64,000 nt of DNA from Klebsormidium nitens. Taxonomy: Eukaryota; Plantae; Klebsormidiophyceae. Under the pieces are notes generated by a model. That model had not been told where the DNA came from. It saw only the letters and a list, made by a program, of their open reading frames with translations, and ran no database searches. Every line of letters begins with the position of its first letter. Positions within the stretch are counted from its first letter, which is position 1. Made by a program: the position numbers and the translations under genes. The DNA is taken from assembly GCA_000708835.1 (NCBI GenBank), contig DF237391.1:1-64000 (forward strand), given 5' to 3'. Below are positions 45,201 to 56,500 of the stretch, in pieces.

Positions 45201-48200
45201 CTGCAAGTACGGAAAGGTGGTTCAGCAAGACACTCGGGGGAGCTCTTATTTGCACTCACTCCCCTCAACCCAAAATCGACCTCGCTTACAAACTTTCGGC
45301 GTCTCTGCTACAACGTTTGCACCAAAGGTCAACGTCGAGGAACGTCGAACGTGTCATCCATAACTGCGACTGTCTCGGTTATACAGACACGACTTTAACT
45401 AGACATGGAAAAGAACGTACAGCACGAATTGACCCTGTAGCATCGGAAAAGGGAACCCAAACGAAAGCTACGGCCTCACTTGTAGCAGCACCAACAGCTT
45501 GTTGATGAGGCTGTCGAGGTATGGTTCCAGGATCTCGGGCGCGCAGTTCTCTGTGAAGTTGAGTACCGCTGCGCTCGCATGCGCCTGCAGGAACGCGAGA
45601 TGTATTTCGTGTGTGTTTCGGAGGCCATAGAAGGATCACGAGCTTCCGCCAAAAGGACACCTTGTGTTTGGAGCTTTGTTCGGGGGTCCTTTGAAGCCCT
45701 CAAAGCAACACTCCGTACCTAGATTGGATCGACCCCGACACTGCCGTTCCGGCCGGGCGTGTGAACAAGGACTTATCCGAACGAATGAACTCACTAACGA
45801 GGGGAGAAGGATTTCGCATTCTGCCCAGCCATTCGTTGGCGTCTGCCTTTCATGCACACCTGTGTCTCATGCCTCCCCCCGTCTAAGCACTTCACACTCT
45901 AGTACGGCTCACCTGCACCCGGGGGCTCTGGAAGTCGTCCATGGAGTTTAGCAGCGCTGGGAGGACTCTGGCGTGGAACTTCTTTTGCAGGTTCGGCCCC
46001 AGGTCGGTTGACAGCTGGCCAAGCGCGTTGATCGCGGCCCACCGAACGCGCGGGTGGGGGTCCCCCAGGGACGCTAGGATCATCTCCACGACAGGGCCCA
46101 TGTCTTTCAACAGGACCTGCGAAGCAGGAGATGAGCAATGGGAAATGCACTCGCACTGAAGCCTATTCTCATCAGAAACAGTGGCAGAAGTACCCAGCTC
46201 TGACATGAGGAGCGCTCAGCGCGTATCACGGATAGGAACACACGAAAGTGTCCTCTCATCGACAGGGCCCGCGTCTAACAGGACCTGTGACGCAAGAAGT
46301 ACTCCAGTCGGATGATAGAAACGGAAGTATTGCGGTCAATTGGATCCGGCCTTTTGTAGTGGCTGACGTACGCAGTCCTAACACAATGAGCACTTTGTAT
46401 AATGTCCAGACTGTTTAAAGACGACGGTCAGCAGGTTTGTAAAGCCACCGCTCAACTTAGGACGCTCTTCACGACAGAGCACAAGATGTTGCGACTCAAC
46501 CTGGACCACAATAACAACAATGCCATTGACATGGACTTTTCATTGCAACGACACCCCCAGCAAACACAATCCGAATATAAAGTCTAATAAAAGTAATCGA
46601 CCTTCTCATGTCCCATCCGTCACAACGACCTCAGCCACTGGACAAACCACTCTCGAAAATAAAGCCTGATAGAGGCGTCTTCTTCTTGAAAAGCTTGTAT
46701 TTAGAATGGGTCTCTCGAACTTGCCTTGGCGCACCCCTCAGCGATCTGCGCCAGTGCTATCAGCCCCGCATGCCGCTTCTTCCAGTCCTGGTCGATCAGG
46801 CATGCCGGCACCAGCTGACTCGCCACCGGGAGGATCGTGTTCCCGCCCAGTGAGATCGCCAATCGGTCCAAGCACTCCATCCCAACGTCGTAATTGTCCT
46901 CGTCGGTGATCATCTCCTCTTCGCTGTCGGCCGTGTGCCACTTTGGTTCGTCCTCAATGGAGAGCAGAAAGTTGAGGAGCACCGCAAAGAGGCGGCCGAT
47001 GAGGTGCGGGAGCTTGCGCATCATGCCGGGGGCCTTGTCCCGCGCCTCGGCGAGCGTGACCAGGAATTCGACCGCCAGGTGGCGGGTGCTGTCCTCGAGT
47101 TGCTGGGCCTGCAAGCAAAGAAGCAGTGGGTGGGTTGATTATGTATTGCGTATGACAAGAGAAGTCGTACAAGGTGGTGGGAAGGACCAGCCTTCCGGGC
47201 AAAGAGACTGATCAATTGCCCCAACAAAAAGCATGATCTGTTTTGTGGCTTTCTTAAACATTGACTCAGAATTGAGCGAGTGCAACAAGAAGGCCTACAT
47301 TGGAAGGGTTCGTGCACATTTACACGCAAGTCAATAGGACCAGGAGAACCCGCAACACCTAGTAGACAGGAGATGTCTCAGGCTGAAACTCCATTCACCC
47401 GGCGGAACAAGGCCCCCTGCTGTCAGCGCCACACGCTCTAAGAGAACTTGGGGTTTGTCAATGATTGAAAAGATAGCGGCTAGCTCTTGAGTGCCCCACC
47501 TCGGCAATCTGCAGCATGGCGGCCACCACGTCGACCAGCTGCTTTCTCAGGAACCGGGGCTCCGTGCCGGCAATCTCGATGAACATCTCGAGCGCCTCCT
47601 GCGCGGTTGCCTCCTCCCCGCTGTTCAGCGCCACCGTCAGTGTTTGCATCATTGCTGGCAGCAGATCCTGCCAAAAAAGGATGAAAGCAGGATATTCGGA
47701 CACATGTCGGGCTATACAAGCTGCAAAAGGGGTTAGTAATGGCGGTTCTACATGCTGCAGAAGGCGAAACATAGATCGATGCGCGGCGCGCACATGCAAG
47801 GCAGAAACTTGACGGTCGGCACTGTTTGAAATGTTTCAACAGTTGGATTAAAGATATGGGTAACTATGTGGTGGTTGTAGCTGGCACCAGCAGCCTTAGA
47901 CCATACTTCAGTCTTGAAAACATTCTGGGGCATCAATGATAAGCTGGGAAAATGAGTTAAACTTTAGAAGAGGCTAACGTTTGCAATCTGTCCGGGCCAG
48001 AGTTAAGTCTCCATGCCCAAAAGGTTCAGTGACCGGCATCTATCAGAACGACGATTCATTTGTTTTAGGCCAGAGATTCAACTCGTGCAACTGAAAATAG
48101 GACCGCACTGCTTCGGACATGGTGAAGGGGGCTTTTCTTTCAAACAAGTCGAACACCTCCGCAAAGAAAGTTGGTGGTGACCACCGATGCAGTTGTCAAG

Positions 48201-49233
48201 CATCTAGGAGTTGCGGCATTTCTGGATGTCAAGGACGCTGCATATCTAAAAGGATTCAAGCTGGAACCTCCAATACTCAAGATCCTCGTCTTGGCACAAC
48301 TCAAAGCTAGCGAAACCGATGTTGGTTGCTGAACACGTCCAAGAACAGTAAGCCACCGAAGTAACGGCCCACACCCGGCCGCCAACACTCCTTGGATCGA
48401 CGACACACAACCTTTCATTGGCAGCTGCTGAAAAGGATGGAAAGGTCAACTGATTATATTCACAATCAAACTGCCTACCAAGATCGACCACAGACCACTA
48501 CTTGTTGAACAAGAGAGGCACTCAAACATCGGCAAGTCCTTGAAGACCTTTACCGCCACATTCTTGCTTTTACCTGAAACTTGTCCCTTTCGCTGGCCGT
48601 TTCCAACGTGGACACAAATGCGGTTGTCGCACGCAGCGCTGCCGTCCGAACGTCCGAACTGCTGCTGCTGGACATCCCTTCCTGGAACACGGCGTGCAGT
48701 GTCTGCAAGTATGGCTGCAGCTTGCTCCCCAGGTACGCCGCCAGCTGGCTGAATATAAGCAAGGCAATCCACCGTAGCCTATCGTCCTGAGACTGGACAG
48801 AATTGAACATGAACGGCAGGAGCTCCGGCCAGAGGCCCTCCTCAAAGATCCCCGCCGCTAGTTCTGCTATGCTATCGCACAGCTTCTTGCAGATTGTTTT
48901 GCTCTCCTCCTTTTGAACGCACTGCAAAAGCCCGCTTTTGACTCCATCTTGAGTCGCTGTGCTCAATTGGGGCCAAAGAGACACCTGGTCTTTCGTTATA
49001 ACCTTCCTGAGCAGGACTGCAGCCATAGCCCGATTCTCCTGAACCGTCGAGCGGTGCAGCACGAGGACAAGCGTCGTCACCAAAGGGTCGGGGTGCTTCT
49101 TGCACTCCTCGAAGAGCGACTCTGCCTGGCCTCGCTCCGCATTGGACGGTGACATCAGCATCTTCAGCAGCGTTTCTGCATTGCTGAGGTCTGGCCCTAG
49201 CACCGCGCTCACAGCAGGGGAGACGGCCGCCAT
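39220..49233 (-). CDS. IPO5: Importin-5 / importin beta-3 (Kap121/RanBP6 family) HEAT-repeat karyopherin; 15 exons
   Basis: Exons on minus: 49233-48574, 47667-47500, 47108-46725, 46116-45913, 45584-45480, 45200-45132, 44628-44389, 43921-43767, 43286-43151, 42885-42816, 42432-42314, 41838-41596, 40915-40701, 40266-40032, 39546-39220. Motifs read directly: [114 protein letters not shown]. Confidence 0.95.
40543..40732 (-). repeat. Copy of the IPO5 exon 13 end and donor in intron 13
   Basis: 40543-40578 and 40697-40732 match over 36 nt with 1 mismatch, including AG|GTGA; offset 154 bp. Confidence 0.9.
40880..41650 (-). repeat. IPO5 intron 12 carries both a copied donor and a copied acceptor
   Basis: The donor copy ends at 41460 ([15 protein letters not shown]|GTATGT) versus the true end at 41596 ([15 protein letters not shown]|GTATGG). 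The acceptor copy starts at 41062 ([12 protein letters not shown]) versus the true start at 40915 ([12 protein letters not shown]). Confidence 0.88.
41800..42135 (-). repeat. IPO5 intron 11: two extra copies of the acceptor and exon 12 start
   Basis: cccgcag|GAG CCC GAG GCA GAG ATC GTG GCG AGC ATG CTG GAG TCG (true, 41838); copy at 41991 ([13 protein letters not shown]); degenerate copy at 42111 (ESETVES). Offsets 153 and 120 bp. Confidence 0.85.
44606..45000 (-). repeat. IPO5 intron 6: copies of the acceptor and exon 7 start
   Basis: 44606-44648 is identical to 44740-44782 (43 nt, offset 134 bp). An older copy at about 44975-45001 (gtagtgcttattcaacagaatctgcag) keeps its CAG. Confidence 0.85.
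46117..46724 (-). other. Non-canonical GC-AG intron (IPO5 intron 3) that also contains a copied acceptor
   Basis: Exon 3 ends TGC GCC AAG|GCAAGT, and EGCAK|VLLKD restores the importin-5 sequence. A copy of the acceptor and exon 4 start lies at 46284 (tcacag|GTC CTG TTA GAC GCG GGC CCT GTC), 168 bp from the true 46116. Confidence 0.8.
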
Positions 49234-50529
49234 TGCGCCTGCGACCAATTCCCGCTGTCCTTTATAAGGCCTTCTGCGGTCAAAGCTTACAACAGCGTAC
49301 CAAGATAGAGATGAGGTGCGGCGCTAGTGCCGCAAATGAGGTGCAACTTGCAAGGGAGAGATGCAACGACTTGGAGCTGGAGCCTGAGGACTTCTTCAGT
49401 TGTCCAGCTGCCTCAAGAAGTTGGAGCACCGTCGGCGTGAGTCGTGACGGGCCAGCTTGAATTGTTCGCGCCATTTTGGGAGAGCAATGACGTCATTCTG
49501 AATAAAACCAATGCCTTGAACCGGGCAGACGGTTTGCAGGTGTCCCACCCACAGTCGTAACTGCTGCCCACTCGGTTGGCTCTCTTGCAGTGCTTATAAG
49601 CAAGATTACAGCCACAAGTCGCGACCAGCGATAGCAATTTCTTTCCAGGTGGGACGGACTGGCCTTGAAGGCAGGGTTTCCCATGGATTTTTTGGCAGCC
49701 AGTCACGGAGCCGGCACTTGGTGATTTCTACCGGCCAGAACTTCCTCACAGCCTTCAAGCCGGCGGCCGGCATCCTTCCATTTGTGCCGGCCCGGTGCCC
49801 AAGAAAGCGCCTTTGACAAAATTCAAGCATTTTTTGGCGCTCCGTATCAATTTTAGGCACAAATGCCTAGACTCAGAGCAATTCTGGGCCGTTTGGAACA
49901 TCAACAGAGGGAAATGATGATTTTATAGAGGGACTTTGTTACATAAGGTATAAGATTCAGCCGGTGGGGTGTGGTTTCTACCGGCTGCAAGCCGGCAAGC
50001 TAGCCGGCAGGGTGCCTTCGGCACCGGCTGGTCCTCCTCTCCAACCGGCTGAGATCGCCACTAAAGCCCGCCTATGGGAATCCCTGCTTGAAGGCCAAAA
50101 TTTGACAGCCAAAGTATATCCAGTAAAAACTTGATGTATAAGCGCACCGTTTCTGAACCACCGAGAGCTGGAACAGTATAATTACCAATCTTCATGACCG
50201 GTGCAATCCACCGGGCGGAAGCGGGTTTGGAGATTGGGAAAGCTGAGCTGGCGTGCTGGACAATGGAAGAAGGAAGAAGGGCACTCCGAAGAAAGCGGAG
50301 GAAACGGAAGGAAGGGAAGGAAACCGTTTTCGGTTTGGAAAAGCCTGCTTGGGGCCAGCTCAAGAGGGGCCGTCGAAGCTCAGCAGAGCCCGTGGAGGGG
50401 CTTCTTTTGTGTGCAACAAGCTCAACATCCCGTTGCGGGGGCAGACAGGGAAGTGGGTTGAATTTTAGCGAACGGTTCCACTGGTCGCTTGACTGGTGGT
50501 CCTGCCAGTGATGTTTGCCTTTCCTAGTC
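49234..50529. promoter_or_regulatory. Short head-to-head intergenic region shared by IPO5 and the PRRC2-like gene
   Basis: The two start codons diverge 1.3 kb apart. The region has many CCGG-containing motifs and a repeated gtg(a/g)tttctaccggc. Bidirectional promoter function is inference. Confidence 0.4.
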
Positions 50530-53500
50530 ATGGCCCAGCCTCCACCTGCGAATGCCAGAAGCAAGTACTCAAGTGTTAACCTCAACCAGTCCTATGGCAA
50601 GTCTCAGTCGCAATCGCAGTCGCCCGCGCCGCGGTCGCTTGGCCCACGGGGGTCGGGCGGCATGCTTGTCATGGGGAAGGCCAAGACTAGTGGGGGGAAG
50701 CTTGTGATTCCAAAGCCTGTGAATCTTCCGTCCCTGAAGAAAGAGCACGCCGGCAATGATCCAACAGTCAACCTGGTTGGGTCGTCCAGCGGATCCCTTG
50801 GTTGGCTAAAGCAGCAAGAGGAGCAGCGATTAGCGGCAGAGTCCCTCCCGGCACGCCCTGCATCTGCGGGGGATGCATTGGACCAGCCGAAGAAACCGTT
50901 AGACGATTCAGACACCCCGGCACGGATTGGGGCGTATGTGCCTCCCCGTAATTTAGGGTTTTCCAATGGCTTCCCGCCGCAGCGGCCTGTGATCCTCAGG
51001 GAGGAGTTCCCCACGCTCAGTGCGCTAGCGTTCAAGGAAGAGCAAGAGAAGCGGAAGCGGGAGGAGCAAGCACGGGTGAGGCAGCAGCAACAGGCGGAGC
51101 AGGCGAGGAAGCAGAAGGAGTCGCAGAAACAGCAGCAGGAGGGGCCCCATAAGCCGTTGTCGTTGGCAGGAGACGGTGAGGCCAGCGGTTGTTGATGCTT
51201 CCCTTCTTCTGTGCATCCTCGTTTTTGCCTACCACTAGTTGCTCACTTGGTGTTGGGGTCTGGATTTGTTCCTGTGCTTGGTTGCTGCTTTTGAACGACA
51301 TGAACCTCAATTGGAAGGAGACCTTTTCCGGAACCTTTCCCATTATGCTCGTAGTTTGGCGATGTTACCAATCAGAGCAACAGAAAGCAGATAGGTAGGT
51401 AGGTTTCTAGTCAGGAGGCTGGGAATTATTCCACAATGACATGCCTCCACAATCTGCTGGTATGTGCTGTTAACTGTTATCGCTGGCTTGTAGAACGTTG
51501 AAGACCTACTGGAAAGTCTCACAGTCAATCAGAATCGAGAGTTACTCTAGTTGATGAGCTGACAAGGAGGTCGGGCTTTGTACTGTGTGACCCTTGAAAA
51601 GTCATTTAGCCAAAGGACGAATGCATTCAAGGCGCCAACACCACTAGGTTCCTTGTTCTCTTACAAGGTTTGCATAATTGGGTTTGAAAGGGTTCACTTT
51701 ATTTGGTGCAAGCCTCTGCAAATGGTACAGTTTGTCGAGGGTGCGTAAATACACAGTTCTGAATGTTTACTGGTGTATCTCGACAGGTTTTCTAATTGCA
51801 TCTTAGAATGGTGTTTACAACCTTTCAGCTGTGCTGCTTTGGTTGCTCGATTTTGCGATGATCACCTGGATTGCATAGATTGCATTCCCAATAGGTGCTT
51901 GAAGACCCTGTAAGGATGCTGAGTGTGAAAGTGAACTTCCAAAGGAAGGTGCTCTGGTGCTCTTTATTCTGCAACATTCAGCGATGCTGATTCAGAGTGA
52001 TGACTGTTCTAGGTGTTGGCGACGACCAGCAGCCCCTCAAACCCCAAACCGCGCCAGCCAAGCTCTCATCCCCTGAAGAGAAGATAGAAGACACTGGGAT
52101 AAAACTCCAGCCAGAAGCAGTTGACAAGACCCCCCCAAAGCCGAAGCCAGCGTCCAAGAAATCAAACTTCAGCTGGGCCGACGACGAGCGCGACACCCCT
52201 CCCCCCCTCCCCCCCAGCTTTGCAACCAAGCCAGACGATGAGCGCCCTTGGAGCGGGCCTGCCAGAGGGGGTTTCGACTCTCGCCTCGGACCAGGCTTCC
52301 GGGGGCCCCCGCCTCCTCTTGAGAGGGAGGGCCGCCCAGGGTTCGGCGCGCCGGTGCCTGAGCGGAGGCCGGTAGTGCCGCGCTTTGACAGCAGTTTCGG
52401 GCCGTCGGACAGGGTCCCCTCCGATCGCTTTGAGAGGGACCTCCCGGGCAGGTTTGACCCCCGAGCGCCGCCACCGCGAGGCCCGCCGGCCTGGGGTGAC
52501 AGGAGCCCGGTTGGTCCTCCTGGGCGCTTTGACCGTGGTCCTCCCCCGCCAGAGAGGTTTGACCAGCGGGGACCTCCCCCCCGTCCTGACGTCCGATGGG
52601 GACCACAACGGGGCCCCCCCGGTCCCCCTGGACCCCCCGATCGCTTCGACAGGGGCGCACCGCCTCCGGACAGGTTTGCTCGTTTCGAACGGGGTGCACC
52701 GCCGCAGGAGAGGCAGCCCGATTGGTTCGAGCGGTTCGGCGTGGACAAGGGCCCTGACCGCTGGCGGTCTGCTCCGCGGGACGATGACTTTGGTCCTCGG
52801 AGGGACGTCGTCGGCGCCCCCCGGAGCACGTCCCCTCCCCCTCCGGACGCGGCGCTTCCAGTGAAGCGCGCGGGGCCAAACTTTGCAAGCGGGCCGCGGC
52901 CGTTTCAGGACCGGTCGCTGGAGGACTATGGTCGGATGGGGGTGCCGAAGATGGGGCTGCAGCACGAGGCGCAGGCCGAGAAGAAGAAGGCAGAGGAGTT
53001 TCGGGATCCGGTGAGGGAGGCGTTTGAGGCGGAGCTGGAGCGAGTGTATCAGCAACAGGAAGAGGAGCGGAGGCGGAAAGAGGACGGGAAGCTGGCGCTG
53101 ATAGAGGCGGCCAAGAAGGAGCAAGAAGAGGCAGAGCGGAAAGTGAGAGAAGAGGAAGAGAGGGTGGAGCGGGAGAAGCGCGAGGCGGAGGAGGCGGTCA
53201 AACGGGTCGAGCAGGAGAGGCTGGACGGAATCAAGAAGGTGGGGGTGCTCGGCGTGCATGTTGGATTGGTTTTCTATCAAAAAAGGTCACCCTGCTGCAG
53301 GTTCTAGTTGTTTGTTGTGAAGGGTTCTGTTTGTGGCTTTTGCCGGGGCTGTAACCTCGGCGGTTGGGAGTCATGGCATCACAGAGTTGCATATAGTATC
53401 CTAGACTTGAGAGCTTGAGGAAGTGGCTTGCAGGCTCAAACGCGTCAGATTACACTGCTAGCTAAACTATAGTAGTCTGGTATAGCAGCATCTTCTGAGA

Positions 53501-56500
53501 GGGACAGCAGCGCATCCAATTCCTGCGCAGGTTAGACGGTCATGACGATAGCACATGGCAATTAAGGCTGTCATTGCGCGAGGGTCCGTATTGAGCTTCT
53601 TGCACGTCTTCAATCCGCATCAACTTCTCAGGACAGCGCAGGCATTTGGACATCCGCTTCAATAGATTGTATTCATAAACTTGACCGTTCTTCTCCTGGC
53701 GTGTGCAGCTTGAAGAAGAGAAGAGGAAGCGAGAAGATGAGAAGAGGGCGGCAGACGAGGCGGAGAAGCAGCGGGTCGAGAATGCTCGCAAGAAGCTGCA
53801 AGAGCTGGAGGAAAGGATTGCTCGACGAGAACTTGAGCGGAAGCAAAAGGAGGAGGAGGATGCACGGAAGAAGGTTGAAGAAGAGGAGGCTCAGAAGAGA
53901 GCAGAGGAGGAGGCAAAGCGGGAGGAGGAGAGGCAACGAGTTGCAGAGGAGAAGAGGGTGAGCATTGCGCCTCTGCTGAGAATCCTGCTTTCTTGGCTGT
54001 CGCACAATTCTAATCTGCTCTTTTGAAAGGTCAGAGTTTGCTTTGGCTAGAGGATTTTTCTTGTTGCAGTTGTAAGTGAGGGTCTGAGCTGGTACAGTGG
54101 TAAGGCTGAATGGTGTCTTTCGTGCCAACTACTGAAGAATCAATTGTGAGAAGCCATCGTGTCTGCAAAAAGAGGGGCCTGACCTGTGCACAAGGGCGCT
54201 TGCGATCGGTCTCTGCCTCTGACTTGACCCATGTTCGTGGTACCGGGTACTAAAGAGCAGTTTGGTCTCAGACGATTCCATAAAGCTTTCTTGGGTGACA
54301 GATACTGGACATTGAATTGACAGGTTACTTGAATATTTTCAGCGAGGTATGTTCACGTTCTTTGCCAGACAATGAAAAAGTTATCGCTTTTTGCACAGCC
54401 ACTCTTTTTCTTAGTATTGTGGCGTCCTTGGCCTCACTGGTCTGGTTGCAGGTAAAGAAAGACATCTATCTGCTCTTACTGTGGCTTAGTAAAAGTCGTT
54501 TGATGCTTGATGTTTGATGTTGCATGAAACGCGCTGATGCTCGTGAGGGCTTAACCGGCCGGTTCTGCAGCAAGCTGGAAGCCTGACTAGGTCCCCACAG
54601 TTGATTTGTTTTGCTAAAGGCTAGGAGGAAGATGGTTATGATTCACTGTATTCTTGTGATTGCTGCAGGCCAAGGACGAGGCAGAGAGGAAAGCCCGTGA
54701 AGCTGCCGAGCGCAAGCAGCGAGAAGAGGAGCAGAAGCGCCGCGAGGAGGAGGATGCGCGCCGCCGGGAACGGGAGCCCCCCCTCCGGCCGCCCCCNNNN
54801 NNNNNNNNNNNNNNNNNNNNNNNNNNNNNNNNNNNNNNNNNNNNNNNNNNNNNNNNNNNNNNNNNNNNNNNNNNNNNNNNNNNNNNNNNNNNNNNNNNNN
54901 NNNNNNNNNNNNNNNNNNNNNNNNNNNNNNNNNNNNNNNNNNNNNNNNNNNNNNNNNNNNNNNNNNNNNNNNNNNNNNNNNNNNNNNNNNNNNNNNNNNN
55001 NNNNNNNNNNNNNNNNNNNNNNNNNNNNNNNNNNNNNNNNNNNNNNNNNNNNNNNNNNNNNNNNNNNNNNNNNNNNNNNNNNNNNNNNNNNNNNNNNNNN
55101 NNNNNNNNNNNNNNNNNNNNNNNNNNNNNNNNNNNNNNNNAAGGCTTCTACGATCAGCCCCCCCGCGGGATGCTAAACGGGCCCATGCCTCGCGGGCCAA
55201 TCCGCGCAGACTTCCGCCCGCCTCCGCCGCAGGGGGGCAAGCGTGACTTCTCCGGCAGCTGGCGCAGGGAGGGGGGGGAAGCGGTGGGGCCGAAGCACCC
55301 AGGGCGGGGAGACATGGGACTGCCGTATGGAATCCGTGCAGAGGGGGTCCTGGGGGGGAGGGGCCGGGGGAGGGGAGTGGAGGACCGGCGCCCGAGGGGG
55401 GGTGGGCGAGGAGGGATGGGCGTGGGGCCTGGGAGAGGGCCCCCCACACCCGATCGGGATTGGTCGTGGCGGGCTCCTGAGAGTGCGGGTGTGCCGGGGC
55501 AAAGCATGCCTACTCAGGAACGGAAGGTCGGCGAGGAAGCTGTTGCTGCCAAGGTCGTTGAGGCGGAGGGCGTGAGCAAAGACTCGTTGCCAGAGGGAAA
55601 AGCAGTAAGTGCTGAGGGCACGAGAGCAGAGGTGGGGGCGCCAGCACTGCCAGCTGACAACAGCCAAGTCAAGCAGTCCGTTCGCTCCGAGCACCTTCCC
55701 CAGGATCACGATTCCCGGCGGCAGCAGCAAGGAGCGGTGTCATTCACGCACCCCCCCAAGCTGGACACCCAGTCACTCCCTCAGCTCAACTTCATGGCTT
55801 CACAACTGTCGCCTGGCTTCCCGCCCCCCACCTTGCAGTTTGGCCTCCCCCAGACCCCCCGGACGCTGAATGCGGCCAGCCAGCAAGTAAGCCTCGCGCC
55901 CGAGGTGCTCCAGGCGCTCTCCAAGTACTCGCACCACTCAGACTCGCAGAAGCTGATTGAGCAAGTCACGCAGCGCCAGCCAAAGGAGCAGCTGCCAGTG
56001 GAAGCGCGCCAGGTGGCGGCGCCAGAGCCGACACAAGAGGGGCTCGAGAAGCCAGCTCAGCAGGCTGCGCCCCCGCTGCCTCCCCCCCAGAACGCGTGGG
56101 TGGCGCGGCAAGCGGCCGCCCTGGCCGCCGCTGCAAAAGAGAGCGTGCCCCCACCCCAGGAGACAAAGCCGTCGAGAGCCCCCCCCGGGAAAGATACGCA
56201 CAGGGAAGTGGTGAACGCTACGTCAGGTCAGCAGCCGCCCCGGGTGGCACAACACTGGCAGCAGGGGGGTGTGGCAGAGAGTGGGGGGGAGAATGTTGGA
56301 GGAGCAGGGTTGCTGGGGTCGGGAGACGTTGCCTGGGGGCAGCGCCCTGCCGCAACGACACCTGGCAGAGGCAAGGGGGGAGCACAGGGAGGAAACCGGG
56401 GCCGCGGCCGGGGGCCAGCTCCAGGCATGGGACGTGGAGGCGCTGGTGAGTTGCCTTTGGAAGTAAAGTTTTGAGGTGTCAACGCGTTAGCAGTGCTTTG

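Noticed and set aside
49700-50060. Repeated gtg(a/g)tttctaccggc and GCCGGC clusters in the IPO5/PRRC2 intergenic region
   Set aside because: There are only two 15-bp copies in a GC-rich promoter, and I cannot distinguish this from chance without genome-wide enrichment data.
50061-50585. 174-aa minus-strand ORF and 105-aa plus-strand ORF upstream of the PRRC2-like ATG
   Set aside because: They lie in 5' UTR or promoter sequence, with no motifs and no GC3 bias like the real exons.
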